Assembly (NCBI GenBank): GCA_051294375.1 | Contig: CM119269.1 | Location: 16,419,010 to 16,483,009, forward strand | Reading direction: 5' to 3' | Source of the DNA: Paraspadella gotoi | Taxonomy: Eukaryota > Animalia > Chaetognatha | DNA length: 64,000 nucleotides | Shown: positions 23,111-64,000 of the stretch, in pieces | Position numbering within the stretch: the stretch's first letter is position 1 | Layout of the letters: each line of letters starts with the position of its first letter | Made by a program: the position numbers and the translations under genes | The notes under the pieces: generated by a model | Databases searched by the model: none | What the model was told of the DNA's origin: nothing | Seen by the model: the letters and a program-made list of their open reading frames with translations, nothing else

Positions 23111-26100
23111 TTATTGACTTTTTGTTTTTTGTTTTGATTATGTTCGGTCGGGTGGGTGTGGATGGGGGATGTCGGCGTCTTTGGCCCTTGCTGGGTTGGT
23201 AGAGACGATAATGTCCATGATGGGGCGGGGCCAAATTAAGACGAAATCTCAGCTCTCCCATCTTAGGATCCAAGCCGGGCGGCCGGGGCGTAGATTTAGC
23301 CGACGCGCGCGATATACTTGTTTTTCTTCATCCCAGCGGCTTGAATGCTGTCTTGATGATTATCCTCTAGTTTCTTAGTTTCTTGGGAATTCTTCCTTCT
23401 GGCCTAGAAGTTGCTGGAGTTTTTTCTTTTGCTTTTTGCTTTCTTTTTTTCTTTTGGCTTTCTTTATCTTTGGGCTTATGCTTTGCGTCTTGATGCTTTC
23501 TTTCTTTCTTTGGGCTTTATTTTGCTTTTTTTCTTTTTTTTTTGCTGTTTTCTTTTTTTCTTTAGAGAAAAAGAAAAGAAAGTCTGAGCCATTCTTTTCG
23601 CCATCAATCAGGCAAATATGATTAACTGTTTTAAATTTCTCCTTCATAATGCATTTTTTATCCATTATCGCTCCGCCCTCCCCCGATCGAGACGATTAGA
23701 ATTTTCGGTCCGGCATCGATTTTTGAAAAGGCTGCGATCTGCTTTGTTTAACAAAGTTCTGGGCGGCGCTGCGCGAGCTTTCTTGCTTTTTATATTATCC
23801 GTAGGAATTCCAAATAAGGCCAAATTTTCAGAGGCTTTTGGCGTTCACTTGGACGGCCAATGAAAATGCAATAAATTTCGCATAATAGGGAAAAAGGCTT
23901 GCGTTGCGCTTGGGCCTTCCATTTTGGGCAGAAAAGCATTTTCACATTTCTTTAATATTGATTAATGGTGATTCAGATTTTTTTTTAACATTGAAATTGA
24001 GGAACGGCAAGCCACGGCAGGCCATCTGTGAAGAATTTGCGGCGCAGATTTTAACGAATTTTCTTGCATCTCTTTCTCTTTGTTATGTGCTAGAATTAAC
24101 ATGTTGCAATGTAAATTTCAAACCAACGGCGTATATGTTTAAAAAATGAGAATTATTATCTTTGTTCATAATTAGCAGTCAAGATGCCCCGTCGGGGCAT
24201 GCTCCTGGGGCGGCCCATGATTAACATGTCAGAGGCTGGTTTTGAGGGCTTGCGGCATGCACATAAGGTCCAATACAGGCGGCGGCTTGCACTCAATCAT
24301 AAGAGGCGAGTATATATCATATATGCGTATTTCAATTTAGTAAGTTACACTGGTAAAATGTCGATGTGGTTTTGTCTGTTATAGTAATACTATAATTAGC
24401 TGTTTCAGCCATATTTTTTACAAATGTTTCGGCTCATACAAGGCCTACGAAGATTTAGATAAAAGCAATTAAAGAGAGTGGTCTGATAACTAAGAGAGAG
24501 TGATGCTTGCAATAGGCCATCTATGCGGCGGAAGGTTCATTTGTTAAATAAACAAAAATGTTTTTGCTTGGGCGTTGCTATCCTACGGATCTATACGCAT
24601 TAATTTTCCATTTTTAGCGGAAAGTTCCACATACAAAAGAAGAAACAGTTGAATTGCGGCGAAAAATACAGGTATAGAGTGATATTAGTTGAAATATTTT
24701 TCTGCTCACAATAATTTTTCAATTTAGTTGCATTGTTTTTTTGTAAGTAAGGAGCCGCCCAGAAGGCGAATTTCTTATGTTTCCAAAAAAGACTGCTTGC
24801 GTGCATAGATGAGTATAGTTTGGTACTATTTAAATCGGTTTGGGTGTTAAATTTGTTAAGTATGTTTTTTATCGTAGGTGGGCTTTTTTTATGCTCAATT
24901 TGCCGCTCAAATAGGGTCCCTCTAATTTATTAAAAACATTTCAAAAAAATATAAAAGCTTAGCATTTTTAGAAGCTGTTGGGACAGGCTAACTATACTAA
25001 TATAGGGGTAGTCGAAAGAAGAATACTGATGGTAAGTTGGGTTCAAAAACCGTCGCAAACCTCGATATCGCTTGACTAGGCGCGCGTCAGGCCGCTGAAT
25101 GAGCATATTTTAGGCTTTTTTTAGTATTTGCGGCCAATAATTTTTGTAAGTTTTAGTTATTATCGCAACTGAAAATAAACATAATTATATTAGTTTTTTA
25201 TTCTTTTTTAACACATTTTATAAGTACAATTAATGATTGTCTTTAATATTTTTTTCTTTCTTAGGGCCGGCTGAAAGCGAGGGCATAATACGCATCAAAA
25301 AAAAGGGTTTTTTAAATATTTTGCTAAATTTTATTTCTGATTCTTTTTGTAATCACTATTTTAATTTGCAAACATTTAATTCAGAAATAAGTAAAAGTCT
25401 TGGTTTGTTTTTGGCATGGTAAAGTTTTATTTATCTTCTATAGTGAAAGTTATGGACATGTTTTGAGAGAAGTTCATATCTTCATGCAGGCATAATTAAA
25501 AAATTTTTGGAAGACATGGTTTGAGTAAGAAAAAATATAAAAGAGGAGAGTGAAGAGTTGAGAGAAGATGGAATTGTTTTTCGGCTTTTGCAAAACCATG
25601 TTTTCCCCAATACTTTTAATTGCACTGATGAAACTCTAGTAATTTCACCAAGACCCTTTATCCAAGTATTTATTTTTTAATTATATTAAAAAGAAATTCA
25701 TAATTATTAAGTAAATTGATGAATAAAATTTCAAAAGCTTCAGTAATTGAGTGCAATGTTTTGGACAGGAGAAAGTTAAAGGGAAGGGGAAAGGAGAGTG
25801 AGTAAATTCTGAGATTGGTAAAAAAAAAAGAGAGAGAATGCAATAGCATTTGGCAATGTACAACAGTGAATAGTAATAGTGAAAAACTAAGAGTAACATC
25901 AAAGACTGCTCAAACGGCCTCATTTGAAGTACGGCGTGATGGAGGACGATCTCGAAGCTCCTCCAACTAATAGATTCGGCTAATCAAATACTGGTGGAGA
26001 AGCCGCAAGCGGCTAGCCGTCAGGCCTTACGAGTGATTCCGTCGCCCTGTCCGCCACTCATGGTGCAGGCAGGAGACGCTAGGGCAGGCATGAAGCATAC

Positions 26101-26959
26101 TGATTGGCGCTCTCGGCTGAGCCTGCAGCAAACTTGGCACGACGTTCTTCTCTGTGCTGAGCGCCGCCATAAACGACAGGCTGCAAGAGGAGGGAGAGGA
26201 AATCTGTATCTCGCCGTTTGGCAAAAGCAGGGGCCAGAAACGATAACTGCTCGCAGCTGCACCATCAGGTGAGAAGGGGCTCTCCGGGCAGGCCTATCAG
26301 GCCAGAGAGATATAACGAGTGGCTACTGCATTTTTTCAGCGCGGTATTTTAGCGCAGAGAGCCCGAAGCCAATCGGCACTCCACGCACAATATCCTCTGC
26401 ATGACCGCTATTAACAGGCCCACATGAACGCACAGGAGGCAGCATCGGTAATATCCTCATAATTGGGCGCCGGCGCAGGGGGGGGCCAGCTCATTTTGGC
26501 TCTTTCTCATCTTATTTTTACTCTTAAACTTAGGCGCTTATGACTGATCCGCTCAGCAACTTATTTCTTCGCATTTCATTATTTGATTCTTACTATTAAA
26601 GAAAGTCGCAAATTCTCCAACAAACATTTAATTTATTATTAACTTATATTAGCTTTCGTTTTTTCCACTTTTATTGGCACTGTTGTAATATTGGCCAAAT
26701 ATATTGATTGCATCTGCTCTCATCTCTTACTCTCTCTCTGCTCTATTCTTTTTTAGCCGATCCTCCAAATTCAGCTCAACTCTCCTTCGCGGCTTCGGCC
26801 TCAGCTTTGCTCGCTGTGCTAAGCATCTACCACTGTCGCTTTACTCAATTTTGCTTTGATTGGATAAAGCTTTCTCTCTCCATCCCTCAATATCGCTCGC
26901 CTCCTTCTCTCTCTCCTTTAAGCGCAATATTAAAAAAGTTTGTGAATGTATCTTTTTGC

Positions 26960-27005
26960 AATGCTGATGAAGAGCTCGAAAACTAGAGTCGAAACTGTGT
27001 CCATT
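26960..27005 (+). ncRNA. Minimal type I hammerhead ribozyme motif (complete core)
   Basis: AATG-CTGATGA(26964-70)-A-GA(G)CTC gaaaacta GAGTC-GAAA(26991-94)-CTGTG-TC-CATT. Stem I is AATG/CATT, the GUC triplet is present, and AATAAA follows at 27011-16. It lies in error-rich sequence. Confidence 0.7.
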
Positions 27006-30000
27006 ATATAAATAAAATAATGAATGTTGTTAAAGGCGTGAAAAAATTGTGCGTTTTTGCCTTTATATATTTTTATTTAAATATTAAAAGGGCAATAGTT
27101 TTGGCCTTTGCTATTGTGTTAATAAACGAATTATTATTTTATTGTTCGTTTTTATAAATAAAAAACCGATTGGATTATTTTCAGTAAATACATTTAGGCT
27201 TAAAAAATAATAATTAATAAGAATAATTAAAATATATAATCTAAATAAGTGTTTTAAGCCATTTTAAAATGAAAGGCAAATAGTTTTATGTTAAATATAT
27301 TTTTATACTTATTTTTATAGCGAATCTATGATTGAAGCTTTACCTTCAAGTTTGATTGATATGTCAATAACAGGGAAAAATGCTCCTTCTGGGCGGCCTA
27401 GTATTATTTAAAATAGCATTGTTAGGCTTCTCAATTATTAAAGTTTATATATATTAAGTAAAAGTTGTAATTTAGCTTTTTGCTTTAGTTTAAAAAGTAA
27501 TTTTAATAGAATAATAATATTAAACGTTTTAAGATTATGTGGGAAAAAATTGGAAAATGCTCGTTGGCAGGGCCGCGGTAGTCTAAGCGATTTGCGACTA
27601 AAACTGAGCAATTTCGACCGTACACGGGCATGCAAATTTCCGGCACGCACCCAAATTGGTCAACATTAAATATAATTTTGAGTTTTTTTGAAAAGGTTTT
27701 ACTCTATTTATCTACGGCTGTCTGCGCTCTTGCTCGCGCAGACTCCTCCTGCCCAAGATCAAATCAGCGATCAAAAGAAAGAAAGAGGCGGCGCGTCGGC
27801 GCGCCAGTGGACGGCCGAGGAGCGGGCGAGGAGCGAGCGGATGGGAAGGCGGCGAGGTGTGCGCGCAGGGATGGTAATTGCCTCTGGGGAAAAGGGGGGG
27901 CGGCGCCGCGCGGCCCCGCTTAAGGGGACGCCCGCGGGCAGAATCGTTAGCCGGAAATTGGGGAAGGATGAAGGCGAAAGCGGCGTTAGAGAAGGAGACG
28001 TGGGAAGATAAGGTAATAAAATATATGCGACGATGGCGCTATGGAGAGACGAAATCTCATTATTAGACGGAAGGTGTTTTGCTGGATTTAAAAGTGAAGT
28101 AATACTTGCGAATTCGCATTCCCCCATTTTTTTTAAGAAGATAGTGCTAAACTTAGAAGTGGCCGAGGGCGAACGAAAGAATCGCATCGTTCGGCGCCAG
28201 GGGCGACGAAAAGCGGGGGCGATGCGGATAGCGACGGCGCTGGCGGGCGGCCGCGTGATGAATTGGCGAGTCGCCGTCGGAGACGGGAGAAGGCGAAGGA
28301 TTTGCTGCGGCGGGCGGTAACGCGGGCTAGTCTTGCCGGGTAACCGGCCCCGAGAGTAGGAGGTGAGGTTGGGCACTTAGATTGACGATGAAAGAAATGA
28401 AGGCTATATGAGAATGCGGGTGGTGATTATAGTACAGAATGATGATACGATGGGTAATGACAAATGCGTCATACTGTGGAAACTCGTTGCGTCCACAATA
28501 CATATCGTTCGCATTCAGTGACATTGTGCGGCGGCAGGAAAAGGAGACATAGATCGGCTAGTTATCAAGAACTCTTCGCCTGCAAATCGAGTGAGAGAGC
28601 GGAAAGCATAGGCAGAAGGAGCGAGAAGGACCGTGGCCTCGCGCGAGGAGGAAAGAGGAGTCCGCGACAAAATAGAGGAGCAGTAGGAAAGAAGATGGAG
28701 GAAGAGTACGAGGCGGGCCAGAGAACGCGAAATAGAGGGGCGGGCGATAGGAGGTGGGGTCGCCGGAAAAGGAGAATGCGATGCGAGATGGTAGGCGAGG
28801 ATTGTGAATGTTGAATGTGAGGGAGAGAAGAAATAAAGTCGAAGGGAAGTCAAAGCAAAAGAAAGCTTTACAAAGTTACTTTTTCGCGTCGAACGATAGG
28901 AGGAAAACGCGACCGGAGGAACAAAAGAGGAAAGATAAAGAAGCAAATGGATAGAGAGTAGGCAGGAGGATGGGGGGGGGGGGGGGGGCATGAGAGGAAG
29001 AGAAATGGAAAAAGGGGGGGAGGAGGAAGCTGGAGAGAGGAGAGAGGAGGAGGCGAAGATCAGGGAGGAGAGTTTGGGGGCGAGATGCGGGATACCTGAT
29101 CCCCGCCGCCCGTGGCGGCCGCTGCAGCTCGATCTCGCGCGCACGCCATTCCGGGCGAGTATTTCGCATAGGCCGGCATGCGGCGCGTCGCCGCGCGTCA
29201 GCCTGCCGTCGGCCGCCTTGCAATCGGCTGGCCGCGGATGGGAGAATCCGCATTTTGTTGGGGTGGATCGACATGGGCGGCCTTCGTTGACGGTTCGCGA
29301 GATACGAACGGAGGACACGAAAAGGTGGGTCGAAGGAAAAAATCGAAAAAGAATGTCGATTGAAATTTTTCTTATTAGGCGTCTTCGTCTAGTATTAATC
29401 GAACGTTTTTTTTTACATTTTTTCCTTCTGCGATAAGTCTGGCAGCGAGCGAGAGAATTCGACAATGGACGAGGGCGGGCCGCCGATGCCTGACGCTGAT
29501 TTCTCCCGAGTCCACCAACTCCTTCGTCCAATTGAGTTGGGCTATGGGGCGGCTACAACTCAAATCAAGGGAGAAGGAGAGGGTCGAGCAAATAACTTGC
29601 CGGCATAATAATTCGCAGGGTTGTATTTGGTAAATTTTCCTGTTTCGCATGAGCTGCGCTTCTGAATTGATGCGCGCTATTGGGGCCCAATTAATTTTTC
29701 GCCCGCCTTTAATATGCAGAATCATGCATCAACAAACTTGCCATTGTCGGCGGCTGATGAATCTCGGTAGACCAGAGGATGGACTTTTTATAATCGGAGC
29801 CAAGTGCAATGGCAATGGCAAGAAGCAATTAAAGTGCAACGTGGGCAAATAGGTGCGTCAGGTATGCTAATACTATGATTAGCTGTTTACAAATTTTTAG
29901 AGTAATGTATTAATGCTTGATTTACTCATGCATCATTGATTTTATACTCTGATAGTGAGCAGGACGGGGCGAGTATCATTCGCAATCCACTTGCGACCGA

Positions 30001-31501
30001 GATCGCCTTGCTGCGAGCATCTTCCGATTTCATATTGCGCGTGTCGATGCTCCTTTGTCGGCGAGATATTTTTGACAATAAACGTAATTATGTCGCGCCG
30101 GAGGCGCCCCTGGTAGGCGCAAAAAAACAAAAGAGTCGGCTCGCGCGATCTACCATACTAGCGAGAAGCAGCTTTCGCTGAGAATGAATTCATGTATGAA
30201 TGTTAGGAGGGCCCGCGAAACGCATTCCATGGCTGACTAATATTTTGAATGCTTTATTTTTTTAGTCCATGTCAATATGCATATCGAAAAGTTCTTATCA
30301 GGCGGCATATTGTTGCCTGGATNNNNNNNNNNNNNNNNNNNNNNNNNGTTTATCATTTTACGAGGAAATTTGTTCCCCAAACACAAAAAAACTCTTTGTT
30401 CTTTGAAAAAAAAAGTCTTCCTCTTTTTTCGTGGTTTTTTTTCTTCTTTTTCTTCTTCTTATATTATTTATTTATCTTCTTTATTTCCATTTTTTCCTTT
30501 ATTTTTTATATCTCTTACTTCTTATCTATCTTTCGTCTCTCTCTTTTCTCTGCTTTTCTTTCTTACTTTTTCTTTCTTTCTTTTCTTTTCTTCTCCTTTA
30601 TTTTCTTTCTTTCTTTCTTTCTTTCTTCTTTCTTTCTTTCTTTCTTTTCTTTCTTTCTTTCTTTTTTTCTATATTTTTTTCTTCTTTGACTTTCTTCTTT
30701 TCCCTCCGGTTTGTCCCTGTTTTTTTCGTATTTTCTCTAAGTAACATTTACGTTTAAAGCTTTTAACTTTGTCTACTCTTCAGGGTATAAACATTCTCCA
30801 CTCTTACAAAAGTGACACATTGAAATCTTTTTAGATTATTTTTTTTTCTCTTCTTTTTTTTTTGCGGGAATTCGTTTCGGGTCCATTTACGTCTTTCTCG
30901 CTTCTTCTCGATTTTAGTGGTTCACACTTTTCAAAAGAGACGCGCATCACTGTCAGATTTTTCTGCGAACGAAGTGAGAGGCTGTTTTCTCGTTTTCACC
31001 GCCGCCGATTCACGAGCCCCTCAAATTTAGTCCCTTCTGTCACTAAATCTCTCTCACCCCCGCCCCACTTATCAAATATACGAAAAGCTTAACGGAATCC
31101 AAATCGAGAAATAACGACGTTCGGTCCGTGAATTTCGCAGGGAGACCACTTGAGAAACGATCCTTTCCCGACCGTTTAACGACTTCAAAAAACTTGGGTG
31201 GTGAACGCTTTCATCAAAAAAGAAACATGGAAAAACCCAGGGCAGTTTCACTTTCTTTGGAATAATCTGTGTCGATGTAAGCCAAATACTTATTCCATCA
31301 GTCAGTCTGTCGGTTTATTCATCGATTTGAATCTATTAATTTGCAGAACCTCAGTTAGTTCTTGCTGGACTTTAGTGCAATAAAAGTTAAAAACGAGATT
31401 AGCCGCTGTGGTTATCGAATACTTCATTGTCGATTTCTTGTCCATAGTCTATTATAGAATTTATTTTGTGTTATAATCCTTTGTTTCCTTGCGATAAAGA
31501 T

Positions 31502-31729
31502 TAGAGACAAAATTTGAAATTAAAAGCAACAACAACGACAGATCTATTTTCTCAGACATGAACGACGTACAACGGCGCCCGTTCTGTATTCCGAAGAGCG
31601 GTTCAATTCAATTACAAATCACATCAAATTGACGCTGATGAATGAAGCTTGTCATGTATGCATGAGCCGAAACTTTACGTTTCTTCTTTAAATAAATCGT
31701 TGTTGCTTTTAATTTCAAATTTGTCTCTA
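31502..31729. mobile_element. About 230-bp inverted-repeat-bounded element carrying a degenerate hammerhead
   Basis: TAGAGACAAAATTTGAAATTAAAAGCAACAAC (31502-31533) pairs with 31699-31729 (one indel). The hammerhead and AATAAA lie just inside the right arm. Confidence 0.65.
31631..31681 (+). ncRNA. Degenerate minimal type I hammerhead ribozyme motif
   Basis: GACG-CTGATGA(31635-41)-atga-aGCTtgtCATG tatg CATGAGCc-GAAA(31669-72)-ctt-TA-CGTT, then AATAAATCGTTGTT. It has an ATGA duplication and a broken loop-3 palindrome. Confidence 0.55.
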
Positions 31730-32774
31730 GAATTTATTTTAAATTATAAAGATTATTTGTTGTAGGATAATTTAAAAAATTTTGCTCTAGAAAAGTTTAT
31801 TGTTTAATGTATATTTCTTAAAATAACGTGACCTGTTTAAAATTTGTTCTTCTAATTCCATTGTTTTTTTTTTTCTCAAAATATTCCATTTTTACTTCAG
31901 CGAACAACGAAATTGTTCAAATTTCCTCAATTTTCTCCATAATTTTTTTCAGAAAATAAACAGAAGCAAAATCCGACTAAAGTGTTTTTAAGATGGCGCA
32001 TGACAAATGAGCGAATGAGCATTTATAGTTTTTGAACACAAACAACATTTGAAGTACATCCGTAGTGTTTGGCGAATGAATCTGAAATAATTAAATTGCA
32101 ATAAATGTTCTTTGGAAAATTAAATTATTTGTCTTTGACAGGTATAACGAGTAGAGAAATGTAAAGACTAAAGTGCACAGTTGTTATTCTGGAAAAAAAA
32201 TGAATATTCTAGGTCCAAAAGTGTATTCGAGTCTTTTAGGTTTTTGCGTTTTTCGAACAACATATATATGACAAAAACAACCACGAAAATATTGAACAAA
32301 AAATACCTACTAATAATAATATTCTTATTAAATTTTGAAACGATCTTTTAAAATAATTATTATTGATTTAGTTTCTCAATAGAATCTTATAAAAAATTAT
32401 GATGGCTTCTGCATCTTTCTAATGTTTTTTTATTCTTTGTAGTTGAAATTAAAAATCAAATAACGTATATTTTGAAATATTTACTTAATCTATGAGAATA
32501 TTCACTATAAATATAAATGTATGTTGTGGGTTCTAACTAAAAAAAATTTCTAATGATTTTTATTGTCTTGGTCTCTGATTATCTAGTGTTGGAGCCTCAA
32601 TCTTATAAAATATATATTGTTCTAATTGTTTTAACCAAATCAAAAAATTGGTTTTCTTTTTCATTTCAGACTAGTTAATGATATAAATGTTTCCAAAAAA
32701 TGTACATATGTGCATTTTCAGCTTGATATTTCCGTCGCTTTGGGTGCCGAAAATCTTCCAGCAACTTTTGATCC

Positions 32775-63862
<31,088 letters not shown>

Positions 63863-63877
63863 CTTTAAGGAGGTTGG

Positions 63878-64000
63878 AAGAGTTTGGGAGAAGCGGAAGG
63901 GAAGCGGTGGATAAGAATGAAAAGAGTTTGGAAAAAGCGGAAGGGAAGCGGTGGATAAGAATGAAAAGAGTTTGGGAGAAGCGGAAGGGAAGAAGTGGAT
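63878..64000. repeat. 44-bp minisatellite (runs off the window end)
   Basis: GAGTTTGG recurs at 63880, 63924 and 63968 with near-identical intervening sequence. Confidence 0.9.

Noticed and set aside
28515-29531. 338-aa minus-strand ORF
   Set aside because: Low-complexity composition in an unpolished region, with no recognisable domain.
63878-64000. CRISPR-like direct repeats
   Set aside because: Head-to-tail minisatellite with no unique spacers.

Overview
Metazoan nuclear DNA (AT-rich introns, GC-rich exons, long GA/CT microsatellites). The ORF track is mostly spurious, so genes were rebuilt by hand from GT/GC-AG boundaries and intron phases. Five genes are present. (1) + 1831-10601: secreted 823-aa PAN/Apple-EGF-2xTSP1-SRCR-8xTSP1 protein with 18 coding exons. 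(2) - 15395-11600: N-terminal part (extracellular domain plus TM1) of a class B1, calcitonin/DH31-receptor-like GPCR; its remaining exons were not found in the window. (3) - from beyond 63862 to about 32775: very large coiled-coil gene resembling the CCDC162 family. (4) + 38798-50789: adenylate kinase 8. (5) + 57328-59060: 206-aa secreted Cys-rich ShK-like protein. Genes 4 and 5 lie antisense inside introns of gene 3, and gene 1 probably lies antisense inside an intron of gene 2. Non-coding DNA holds four minimal type I hammerhead-ribozyme motifs, each followed by AATAAA (Penelope-like/retrozyme signature); two of them sit inside short inverted-repeat-bounded elements. There is also a degenerate type III hammerhead-like fold, tRNA-derived SINE heads and a TIR element. 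Four 25-N gaps, indel-rich stretches and two gap-adjacent duplications (about 6.3 kb and at least 0.5 kb) look like assembly artefacts. Family calls come from motif recognition only; no searches were run.
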